A stretch of DNA of 51,850 nt, filler included, from Bipalium vagum (lineage: Eukaryota), in NCBI GenBank assembly GCA_037834085.1. It is 3 parts of 3 records of this genome, joined end to end, with 100 filler letters (N's around TTAATTAATTAA, not from the genome) between each part and the next. Parts side by side here need not be neighbours in the genome. Positions count along the whole stretch, not along the records: positions 36,314 to 51,850 come from JBBMKC010160949.1; 2 more parts are not named here. One strand, written 5' to 3'. Below, one piece after another: positions 38,642 to 50,935 of this stretch. Below the pieces are notes generated by a model. That model worked only from the letters and a program-made list of their open reading frames with translations. It was not told the DNA's origin and made no database searches. Each line of letters starts with the position of its first letter. The stretch's first letter is position 1. Made by a program: the position numbers and the translations under genes.

Positions 38642-41600
38642 TTAAACTAATTTCATTTCTTTTGAAAAGCGTCTCAAATCTGATGGAAAAGACTGATTCA
38701 AGTAATTACTGGAAGTTTTTTCATTCGATAAAGCCAAACTGCTGTCAACAGATTCGAAATTTGGGTAATTTAGCTGATACCACTTTTCTTCGCCTGACAT
38801 TGTTGTTGAGATTGGCAACACGATAGACCCTAAGCAAAAGTTTTCTCCTAATACTTCATTATGCCAAACTGATACTTCGACCTTGGTGGAGGATTTGATT
38901 TCGATGTTGTTGTACGTGATCTATTGATACGTTCAACTTTTTGAAAATTTTCATCATTATTTCACTTACAATATCGTTAAATGAGGGATTGCAGTTCTTT
39001 ACAATGACTTTAGTTTTCCTTTTTTCCATAAAACCAGGTAAAATGTACGTTTTCACATAAGGGTTCGGTGGTTCACTGAACCGATATGCACTCTGAGAAT
39101 AAAAACGTTTTTTTTACTAATAAAAACAATGCAACGAAAGAATTTTTATATGGTAAAAGATAAATAAATTTTCAATGAAAATATAATTAGCTGTCTGCAA
39201 AATCCATTGAGCATTGAGAAATGTAATTAATGGTGAAGACCGAGCAATAACATAAAGCATGCTCATTACAATTTAAAGAAAATTCAGAACTATACCTACG
39301 CATCGTAGGAAAACATAAAAGTTTGCTCATTGTTGATAAATAAAATATTGAATAAAGAAAATTAATAAATGATGAAATTATAAATCAAATGGAAATACCA
39401 TAAAGATAACCTGGAGCATTTTAGAAAATTCAAAATAAATATCATAAGTACAACACAAAAAGAGAAAAAAAGAGAATACGAGGTAATGATTTACAAAACG
39501 TTTTGTTAAATGAAAATATATTCTAAATTACTAAATCACAAAATCAAACCGAAGAGGATACGTTTCCATTAGAAAACTTTATATCCTCAATGGCACGAAT
39601 ACATTTAATGTTACAAACTAAATCTCTTATAAAAAATTTTAAATCAAAGCATTTTTATATTTGTTTTAATTTATCAATTAAAATATATTATTAAACTAAT
39701 AAAAACAAATTTTATTGAACGAAATAAGTGAAATCAATTTTTTATTTAATTAATAATAATAACAATAATAATCATAAATACTACTACTACTAATAATAAT
39801 CGAATGCAGTTAGAAAATAAACTTATTGTGTATAATTTCAAGTGTATGCATTAAAAAATATTTTATAACTTTACCTTTGAATGTCCTAAAATGAAAGTGA
39901 TACATTTAATATTTTTTCTATTGATTTCAAATCCAATTAGTTTTAGAGATCAGAATCAAATCAACCGCACAAAATCTATTACATTCTCTAAAAGTCATGT
40001 GAAAACCCTTAAGATTGAGCAAAAAATCACAATATTCACAGAAAAAGTTTGAAAAATGTAAATTTGAAGATAAAGTTGCATTTTAAAAGTCAGAACTTAG
40101 AAAACTAACTAAATTTCTTGCATGTTTCACGAAGATTTCTAATTTTGTTCCTCTTTTGGAAACATGGAACTTGAGTTGAATTTCTGGATTTCCGGGCTTC
40201 AGAGTATCGTTTGTTTCTAAATTTTTTTTAATTAAAGAAATTTAAAAATTAAATTTTATAAATATCATAATTTAAATTATTTTATGTCGATTGAAAGGAA
40301 CTCCATTATAAACAATTGTTAATTCAATAAATAATAAAATATTTATTTGAAAAACAAATGTCTTTTTTTCATCGTAAAAACGACGACCGTCAACAAACAG
40401 ATCACTTTTCAAACAAGAAAAATCAATTTTTTTTATTGATTTTCATAAAACAACAATGAAAATTTTATAATAATTTCTACAAATTAAATGCATTTACCAT
40501 TTTGCTAATATTATTAAAACTAGAAGATTTTAAAAATTAAAGTCAATTCATATTTTTGAATTTATATCGAAAGTCTCAACATATCTATGAAAAAACTGCC
40601 AAATTAAGACACAATTATCATACATAATTAAAAACCTGATTTTTTTATATTTATAATATAATAAAAACATTTAAACTATTAATTTTTCACTAAAGATGAG
40701 AAAATCGCATTTAACTTGAATTCATTGTAAAGCTTTTACAAATTTCAAATGGAAATATATGCATTTAATTTTAGTAAAGAGTAAATACAAATCAATTATT
40801 ATAAACATAAAAAATCCAAAGATTTATATAAGACGATTAAATCTTGAATAAATAAAACTATTTTATAAAACCGACAATTTTTTGGACCAGAATTATATTT
40901 ATATTTTTTCTCTTAATTTATAACCAGCGAAAAATTTTTGATTCGATTTTTAACCATTTATGAATTTACTTAAATGTGACTTTCAAAACTGAAGATATAC
41001 GGGGACGGTTCAAGGGGTCCGTCAAAAAAAAACCGGAAAATCATATATTTTTCTATATAATACTTTTAGTAAGTATTATTTATCTAAACCTTCAAAACAG
41101 ATTTTTACTTCACAAATGAGCTCATAATTTAAACTAAATAATTTAATTTTCTAATCGTCTTTTTTCATGTGGAAATTGAAAAAAATATCAGACGAAGCTA
41201 ATTCAGGAAAACCCTAAATTTGAATGTAAATTATAATGATATGCCAGCAGCATGAACAATCTCACACACTTTAATTGGGCGGTTAACTAAAACCACAGGA
41301 TGAATATTTTTTTATCATTATGGATATTATTTCTTTATTCGGGAATCAAGGACATTCACTATATAATATTATTCTTCAGCGGAATTGTGTGAACCATTTA
41401 CGATCTATCTAGCTTGGATTCTGATTCTGTAATAGTTTTCTCATTTAAAAAAATTTTCTTAAGGATCCGAAATTGTGTTCATTTTTTCTTAATTGGGAAT
41501 ATCTGCAGAATTATAACAAATTCATTTATTTGTCTGAAATTGAATATCTAAGTTATATTTGACAACCATTTACTTATATAGAAAATGTTATCCCCCACCA

Positions 41601-44600
41601 TATTGTGGCATTGAGTTATTTTTCTCACATGTTATTTATTTAGAATGAAATAAAATATGGAAAAACCAAAATGTTATTACTATATTATCGAAATTCGTTC
41701 AATTTTTCTAGAACTGCTTGAACCACCCGGGTATTTCAGAAAATAAGATTTTAATATATTTCACTGATTAACAAGAACTAAAAATAGATTTGATCAATGG
41801 TTTTTTTTAATGACCTTCTACGGTAAAGTTTCTTTAAAAAGGAAAAAATCTTTAAAAATCAAAGAAAACAAATTTCATTCACATATTTTACAGAAAAAAC
41901 TCTCCATTATATTTTTGTTTGTTAAAATTTATTGCATCATTGGAAGAAGAAAAATCTTTATTTGTGCCCTTCAGTACAACAATGAATCTTAGAACACGAA
42001 ATCGCCACAAAACCAATCATAAATAAATCTAAAATTCTTTACTTGGTACGAACATATCTTCTTCCTTGAACTGCTCATCGGACAGAGTGGAATAGAAGAA
42101 AGTTTGAATCAAATCGCATTGAGAAATTTCATCTTCCATATTCAAAACACTATTCGAAAACTGTTGCAGAATACTTCGCTTGTTTTCAGCAGTGACGATA
42201 TTGTTGGGCGGTCCACACTGAACGATGTGCTGGTAATGTTTCGGAAGCATGCTCAACGGAAACTGGGCTGCCAGTTGCTGACTTAGTTCAAGGAAATGTT
42301 CAAATCTTCGAAACACAATTTCCGGTTTATTGACATCATTTTCTTTGTATACATAAACCTGATATGTCTGAGAAAAGAAAGTGTAAAATGAGAAAAAGAT
42401 TGATATGGTGATTTTTTTTCGATTACATAGTATTTTGAAGGAATCCTGACTCGTTTCACACTTTCCAATGAGACCTTTACAATTTTAGCACCATTTCTAA
42501 ATGTCAAATAAAAAACAATAGTCACCATAGTTATACAAGCAAAGTTCAAATGAAACTTGTGAATTTTTGGCGTGAAGCTAAACAGAGACCCCTCAATGTT
42601 ACTGGAGTATTTCATTTGTGCCAAATTATGTATAAAAAAATTCACTGGCACAAATTTAGAGCTGACAGATTTTCTGATCAAACTAAATTACAAATAGAAC
42701 ACAATTAAATGACAAATATTTTTATATTGCGATTTTAAAAAAATATTCAAGGAAGAGAAAATTGGAGAAAAGAAATTGACAAAAAAATTTTCTTTCTCCA
42801 TCAATTTTTATTTTTCTCACCTATCAACAAGTAAATTCATATTTGAATTAAATCTAAATGAAAGATTTTAGTCATACAACTCAGACATTGCTCCAACAGA
42901 TATCCATATATTTATATATATATTTGAAACACTTGTTTTGTTGGAGAAAGATTTCATTTGATTTAAATATGAATTTGTTTTAAATCATCAATTAAATCAA
43001 AAATAAGAAGAAATATGTTTTTCTTAATATATATATTATAGAAAATATATTATATATATAGAAAAATTATTGTGAATTTCATATAAATTGTTTGAATTAA
43101 TTGAAGTCACTAAATAACTTTATTTTTCATATTATCTTGTATTTTATTTATTTATTTATTATTACGGATTTTTAAAAAAATTAATGGTTATTATTAATAT
43201 TATTATGACTTTTTACTTGATTTATTTATTATTATAATTAATATAATTATTTTTTATATTTTAATTGTTTTATTATTATTCGATTGGAGATAATATTTTT
43301 TTACTTAACGAAAAAACATACTCGGTGAACTGTTCGCTAGCCTGAATATCTGAGCATTCCAATCGCAACATCTTCACGACATATTGTATACTTTTACTAT
43401 TTACTCCAGGAATGTTAGCTTCCGATGCCTTAAAGAAATATATTAATGGCTTAAAAAATAAATATCCAATAATTGCCATCGTCAATATTGCATATAGAGA
43501 AGACCAATGTCGTCTGATTATATTGTATGCCTCGCAACATTTGTCTATCAATAATTGCATCCCGTTCCTACGATCATTATCTTGAGGATGGTAATCATTA
43601 AGAACATAAACCATTTCTTGTGTCAGTACAAAAGGAACTCGATCTCTATTAGAAATTTAAAATTCAATTTATTTTTAATGGTAAAAATAATTATTTTTTA
43701 ATTACATTGAATGCATTTCTCAGAGTTTTTTAAGTCTAAAATATTTTTCGAGATGAATATTCATTATTTAATTATACTATTAATACTAAAAGCTTTACAA
43801 AATAATTAGCTTAAAAATCAGATGTGTAAACTTTTGAAAGGACAGATTTTTGTGATCAGCAATCCGAGATGCATAATAAAATGATTATCTTATCTCAGAA
43901 AAATTTTGGACCTCGGATAGTGAGAAGATGGTTGTCATATGAACTGAAAGAAAGACATGATGAGGCGGAAAACAATGTATGAAGTCTGATTTGAAAGGCA
44001 AAGAAAAAGTTTAGCACGATAATATCTGGTGATATTTCTTGTAGAAAGGCAGTTCATAATAACAAAACCAATTCAATAGTTGAAAACAACCCACATTTAA
44101 CAACATTAAAAATTGAATTGTGATAGATATACATCATGTCACAATTGGGAGACTTTCTAATTATAAAGTTTTAATATTACCTGATTTCTTTGAAAACTTT
44201 AGAAATACACGTTTAAAATATTTTGATCACTTTCATTTTTAGGCGCACAATGATTAAAGTTATGAATTAAATAAGTTAAAGAAAAGAATTTTCCAATGAC
44301 GAAAGGCTTCAGTTTTTCAGAAACATATTGCAAACAATATAAAATATTGTTTCTGTCCTTTATATATTTTGGTAAATATTAGAGGGTGTGTAACTAATAG
44401 AGGGAATATTTATTATTAATAGAAAAAAGGAATTAGAAGATGAATATATATTACTATTATTAAATAATAATATATAAATTAATTTTAAATAATGAAAGAC
44501 AAGCCAATATAATACTGCAACTAATTATAGCCATATCATATTGATTTGTTACGTTTGGCTGTTAATAAATGATTTCAAAATATAAAACCTATTGCAATAT

Positions 44601-47600
44601 TAAACAATTGCGTATATTATATTAAAACAATTGTGTAACAAAAATCATTTTAAAAATTCAAAATCAATAACTTATATATTTTGAATTTTTTAAACCGCTT
44701 TTGAACAGTTCTTATGGACACTGGTTTGTCGCCTTCAATTTCACATATATTTTGCAGCATCTATGGCTCTGAAATTCTGCTTCCCGTAATGTTTCAGAAG
44801 TATACGGATTGTTAATTTATCTATGCTTTTTTTCTGAATAAATATATATACACCAACTACATATAACGTAATATAATTAAAAGTATATTACGCATCTCTT
44901 TCTCATTTTTCAAATGGTGTGAAACTTGTTAATATTTAAATAAATAATATAGTAAAATTTGCTTTTAAAGTTTATATAGAAAAAACGCACGAATTCTTGA
45001 ATCAACCCAATAATAAATAACTAACCGAAAAAATTACAACATCATTAAATAAATAATAATATATTAAAATGGTTATCAAATTGATAATTATTATATTTTA
45101 CAAAATCTTTTATATTAAAAATAAAAAAAATGGAATGAGAAATATTTATGAACTAAATGATTAAAATCATCAATAAAGTAATTTAAAAATTTTTAATCAT
45201 TTTTGCTTAAAAAGAGTAAATGGTCATTTTTTAGTTTTAAAAATAAATTCTGTTTTTAAGAACAAAAAGTTAGTGCAAAGAACCCCTAAATTATCGGATG
45301 ATACCTTTTAATTCCAGCAAATGTCTGAGCATCCCCAAGAATTTTAGCAAAATCTATATGAAAAAGATTGCCCGTGGTTTGAATCATGATGTTATCATTA
45401 TGCCTATCTCCAACACCGAGCAAATAGGTACTGACGCAGGATGCAGCACATGTTAGAAGAAAATTATTGATACTCTAATGATTATTTCACTGGTAGATTG
45501 GAAATCTTATAATTGAAACATTTACCTCATAATATGAAGCCTTTGTTGGATTCTGACATTGCAGCCATTCGCTAATGGAGCCTTCACTGGTCAATGGAGC
45601 AGTAATGCCTTTACTCTCTTGTATTTTACGTAACGTCATACAATCTCCAACCTGAATGACAATGGATATATCATAAATATATTTTTGAAGTATTTCTTAC
45701 ACTTTTTGGAAAATAACATGAAGGAATGTTAAATTTTCCTTTGAAAAATATTTTAGAAAAAGTGTAAAAACTATGCTTATTTTCTACTTCAACCCTTTCA
45801 GTTTTAATGCAGATAGTATTCACTGTTAAAAAATTATATTCTTGATTTGCTACTGATAGAGAATATTCAAGATTAGCTTAAAGATATAATGCATAGATTA
45901 TATAATAATAAAAAATAATAATTTAGATGAAATTAATTTTGAAACTTTGAATTAATAATTTATTATTTAAATCAGTTAAACAAAACATTTAAAATCACTT
46001 TCGAATAATTATTGTATTTTATTATAATAACTGTTGCTTTATTTAATTACTGAAAGACAAATTATTTTAAATATTATTAGATATTTTAAAACTCAAAATA
46101 ATAAAACAATAAAATTAATAATATTATTAAGAATTAAACGACATTTTACATAAATTTCTTTTATCGAACTCAAAACAAAGAAAATGAAATCTTTTGTAAG
46201 ATTCTGGGTTTTAAAAAAATTTAATCAAAATATTAATTGTATTTCTATAATATTTACAATAAATTTTTATAAATAAGCTATAGTATATTTACTTGTTAAA
46301 TTTTTGAATAAAAATTTGTTAAAAATATTAAATCTACTTCTTTTAAGTATGAAAAACAATTGTGTTACAAATATAATGACCAAAATAGATAAAAATCAAA
46401 CAATAATTAATTGACTTCAATAAAATCTAAAAAAATTATTTTCTTAAAAAAAATTTAAGTTGATGCTTTAAGGAGTCGATAAATATTTTTTAACATTACT
46501 ACATTAAAAATAATGGATCAATAAGTAATTACAAAAAGAGTGAATATCGTGTTAAGATTTAACAAATAAATGAAAACATTAAGAGCAAAATCAAAAGAAA
46601 TATTACATCGATTTCAAGTAATTAAAATTAATATAAGAAAAATACTTTAAACTATTAAAATTCATTGGATTACAGATACTCTTCCAAACGTGAATGGCAA
46701 AAGTTATAGAAAGTAGAATAAGAAATAAAAATTAAACGCCTTAAGACAGATAAACCATGGACAATTTAAAATGCATAGAAAAGTAAATCAACGAATTAAG
46801 GTTTATTAAAATCAATTGAAAAGACTTGATTTATAATGAAAGGGTGCTTTTCTTCATTCAGAAGCTAGAAAAAGAAAATTTAGAAATCTAATCATCAACA
46901 TTTATAATTTTAATTATAGTCTTTATTTTATTGTTTCGATGCACTTCAAATTTCAGATTTTGTTAATAAATTTAAATCTATTAAAATAAATATTGGTTGA
47001 GAGAAACGCACATTTATTAACGTTAGTTACTAAAATTTTTTGGCTTGAAAAATCAGAATTATTTCATTATTCACCTTGAATTAATTATTCAATATTGATA
47101 TCAAACTATTTAAAAATTTTAATAATTTTTGTTTAAAATGTTTAAATTTTTTGGAATTTTTTCCATAAATGTATCAATAATCAAGTCTGCTATTGAAAAA
47201 TAAATATTATTGTTAGTGAAAATTAATCGGAGATACCGGGATTCGAACCCGGGACCTTCACATGCGCATGCACTGCTCTGACCGCTGAGCTACATTCCCC
47301 GACTAACTTTCAATTTATCTCACATCCCCCTCCTTTAAAGCTCACATCCATACCCTTAACCGCCCTGAGTTATTTTTATGAGATATTATCGATTGAGATC
47401 GATTCCAAATTAATACTTTAGATAATCACATATGGACCTTTCAATTTACAAAACAGTGCATACTAATTAAAATACTTTTAAAATATATACTTCTTTATAC
47501 TAATTAAAATACTTTTAAAATATATAGTTCTTTATTTTACATTAAACTTTATAAAACGAAAAATAATAAACAAACCAGTTCAACCAATCCACTTCTGTGA

Positions 47601-49690
47601 CCAGTACTCATAACTTTGTAATGGACCATCTTCAAATCTAAACCCTCACTAATCCATATATCATCCATTAACTTGAACAATTGCAGGACAAGAATATCTT
47701 GTCGAAGGTCATCTCCGCTCTAATATTTTGATTAATTAAAATATATGGTGTGAAAATCATACCTTGAACATGACTTCAATTCGACTGGTATCTAAACCCT
47801 TGAATATTATTCTCAATGGAAGTGTATTGGAATTAAAATAAGAACAATCCTAAATAAAAATTAATAATCAAGAATAACGGCCAAAACGAAACAGTCTACT
47901 ATTTGTAACCAATATTTGTAATGTTCGATACTAAAGATTTAAGGCATTCTGAATATTTCAATAAAATATAAACAGGATAACAATGGGGCATTTTGCATTC
48001 GTCTGTATCACATGTAAAAAATTCATTCAAAGTGACGGAGATAAATAAGTTTTAACTATCAACATTAAGAAGCTGTGAAGTCCATAACTTCAACATTATT
48101 TCTTTTTCTTTTTACAAATCGGAATTTTCAAATAAATATAATTATTAAATCATGGTTATTTCAATTCCTGGATCATGTTTAGTTTTTAACCCCATGTTCA
48201 ATATGGCATTATGATCTTTCTTTAGAAAATTTTGCCTCCAAGTTCATTCAGTCAAATAAGACTCCAGTACCATTCCATATATTCACCTCAGATATATTGA
48301 ATTCTATAGGTACTGACATCGGTTTCTTTTAAGGAAAATTTCGCAATATGGATACACCAATATCCTGAACTGCAGCCTTTTGTGGTCGCTCCATTGTCCA
48401 ATAATACATGAATTTTGTTGAGCGATATTTTGAATATGAAAAAAAATTTCCTACTAATTGAATAGTAGTGCGTGTAAGAATGAAACTTAACATTTACACA
48501 ACGTCAGAAATTCCATCATTATTTTGTATTGATGGAGATAGTTTCACCTCTTCCCCTCACGAATCACAATTATCTAAGGCAATAAGTGAATAAATTATTA
48601 CAAAAATTTATCATACGTCCTACTGCTTAATGTCCATATTTTCTCAAAAATGATACGGCGTCTTGACAGGATCCGCTAATTACATTAATGATATTCTTAT
48701 ACATGTTTTAAAAAGTAATTCTGTTAAATATTTTAAAGGAATTTTTAACATTTTTCTTAATCCCTTTTTCTGAACCCATAGATGTCAAGGTTTTTGAATC
48801 TTTATATCAAGTATTTTATCTAACCAAAATGGGTTGAAAACTAAACATGATCCGAATTCATTTATAATTGATTTAATTTAATTATAAAATGTAATTTTGT
48901 TAATAACTTAATTAAAAATCAATATTATGTTTAAGATTAGGTATATGTAAAATAAACTATCGCTTTTATTAAATATTTATTGTAATAGCTTCAGTTAATT
49001 TAAATCGTAAATTTTATCACATTTAATCTTTTAATGTATTTTAATTTAAATTATGATTTTAAAATTACTTAAAAAGAACTTTTGAATTTCATGCAGACCA
49101 CCTGTCATAGACAGTGTATTACAATCATGTGTATGCTGGGAATGCCTATAGATGCAAAGTTTAAAAATATTGATTACATCATCCATTATGCATTTTAAGT
49201 AGTTAATTATTCTCAAAGTATCGGATTAAATACTGGGGGAATAAATTAAAAAATTTATCAAGGCTTTTGATATATTTAACTATTTTAAATTTTAGATATG
49301 AATCGAGTACCTTGACTTCTATCTTTTTCAAAACTAATCCTGGATGGTATGGAATCCTATATGAGCACAACGGGTGCGAATTCACATTTTTGTCAAATGT
49401 ATTTCCATTTTCAATAAGATCATATAATTCTTCAAGTCGGTTATTCAATGTATTTTTGCGGTCTGATGGATTTTTAATATTTTTCACAGTTGTAGCTATA
49501 TGAAAGAATCAAATTAAGTTAATGTCAAACAAATACAGTTTTTCAACCTGTTATTTGTAATTTCTCTACAACTGTTAATTGCAGATTCCACATTTCTAAA
49601 ATTGCATTATTTACCAATGATCGTACAGTTCCAAGTAATAACATAGCTTTGTATCCATGTATGTCTTTTGCATTTACCGAACTCAAGTAC
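38642..49690 (-). CDS. pik3c2: Class II phosphatidylinositol 3-kinase (PI3K-C2), 3' part: end of helical domain, kinase, PX and C-terminal C2; 5' exons not found in the window
   Basis: Manually spliced, phase-consistent exons: 49690-49548, 49495-49311, 47849-47763, 47719-47576, 45651-45526, 45474-45305, 43645-43477, 43428-43322, 42682-42557, 42496-42427, 42367-42043, 40216-40110, 39092-38970, 38920-38642 (TAA). Motifs [64 protein letters not shown] (VFRRFEHF), C2 ([24 protein letters not shown]). The PX+C2 tail defines class II. Confidence 0.95.
40998..41733 (-). mobile_element. Deleted mariner-like element in a PI3K-C2 intron
   Basis: Imperfect TIRs TACGGGGACGGTTCAAG / TACCCGGGTGGTTCAAG. 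Internal WFTQFR and [16 protein letters not shown] (compare DRRIKVREIA..GIS). Confidence 0.6.
43850..44100 (+). mobile_element. Mariner fragment in a PI3K-C2 intron
   Basis: [10 protein letters not shown] and RIISGD (compare WVPHELTER and HRIVTGD). Confidence 0.55.
44680..45012 (-). mobile_element. Mariner 5' end fragment, similar family to 16231-17505
   Basis: TATTGGGTTGATTCAAG terminus; [30 protein letters not shown]. Confidence 0.7.
47228..47300 (-). tRNA. tRNA-Ala-like sequence, probably a pseudogene or SINE head (anticodon arm disrupted, nearest CGC)
   Basis: GGGGAATGTAGCTCAGCGGTCAGAGCAGTGCATGCGCATGTGAAGGTCCCGGGTTCGAATCCCGGTATCTCCG. Intact A box/D stem (GCTC/GAGC), a perfect T arm (CCGGG TTCGAAT CCCGG) and a G3:U70-like pair. 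The anticodon stem does not pair canonically. Confidence 0.7.
47461..47534. repeat. 37-bp tandem duplication
   Basis: TACTAATTAAAATACTTTTAAAATATATA(C/G)TTCTTTA occurs twice. Confidence 0.85.
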
Positions 49691-49899
49691 CTGAAAATAT
49701 TGTAAAAAATCCATAAAATGCTTATTCGTAGAACAAAGTATTAAAATCATAAATTATTCGGAAATATTAGGTATGCGAAAAAGTTTGTCATTTTATAAAA
49801 ACTGAAATTGAATTGAAAAAGTAAAAATATATTCTTTCTGATAATGATAATATTTTTTGCAATTTCTCTAAGAGTCATTACTTAATAATATAATAATAA

Positions 49900-50290
49900 A
49901 ATCTTGGATTTTTTGAAGAAAAATGTTAACAAAAATTATTCATATTACCGAATCGAAATGAACTTTACATTATTTAGAAATTTCTACACGGATCTATATA
50001 AATAATAATCTGACAATTCGGACTATACGGTTGATACATCATTACTTCTCAGTTACACTCTTTCAGTCTTTGCGGAACTTCAAAGATATATATGTTGTGG
50101 CATTGTGGTCGAATACAGCTGTATTAGCTTTTATCACATTTGAATTAGTTTTTACAATCTCTTGCTTTAATCTTGTAACCTCTCAACAATACCACATCAT
50201 CATAATATGTAAAATTTTTTCTTGAAGCTTGTTCTTATTTTAATACAATTTTAAAAGATATCTCATTTCTTTTTTTGATGTGTCCGTTAG
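49900..50290 (-). mobile_element. Decayed mariner C-terminal fragment
   Basis: FDHNATTYISL, QPYSP and SDYYLYRS resemble HDNARPHTSL / HPPYSPDLAPSDYYLFRS. Confidence 0.55.
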
Positions 50291-50449
50291 TACTTAAGGA
50301 ATGTAAAAATGTTTTAAAACTTAAAACATATTTGTCTTTTATTTTTATATTTTCACTTAAAACATTAACACTTAATTAAATATAGTATTCAACTTTTATA
50401 AAACACGAAAAACTCTTTACTGCACAAAATATATTGCCGATAAATATAA

Positions 50450-50935
50450 TACTGTAAAATCCCGAGTATAAGCTGCACCATTTACGTTGAAAACACATAA
50501 TTTTAAAATCAGCAACTTATCATTAAAAAACAAATTTCACCGTGACAATAACCATTTTGTTTTAATAGTTTATATTGTTTATTGGACTCTTTTGAATCCT
50601 TGATTAAAATGGATAACGATTGCCAAAGAGATGAAGATTGAAGGATTTGTCGCGAGCTCTCAATGGACTGATAATTTCATGAAACGCAAGGATATTTGTG
50701 TTCGACGAAATGAAATGAAAGTGAACGAGTCTGATTCAAAAATTGTCGAATTACTAGAAAATTTCACTTTTATTGTCAATGAAAAGTGTAATGGTTTTGA
50801 GGAGTGTGATGTTGAAAATTGGAATAAATAATCTTATCTTTGATTTTAATTGTTTTTTACTTGTATAAGCTGTAATTCTAAAATGTTGCCTTTATATACC
50901 ATTTAGCTGCAGCTTATACTCGGGATTTTACAGTA
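50450..50935 (+). mobile_element. pogo-derived non-autonomous element (MITE-like) with perfect 26-bp TIRs and TA target duplication
   Basis: CTGTAAAATCCCGAGTATAAGCTGCA at 50452-50477 and its exact reverse complement at 50908-50933. Internal FVASSQWTDNFMKRKDICVRR is a CENP-B HTH fragment. Confidence 0.93.

Noticed and set aside
37960-38826. ORFs 37960-38337 (-) and 38602-38826 (+)
   Set aside because: The first lies in the probable PI3K-C2 3' UTR with no motif. The second is antisense to the last PI3K exon.
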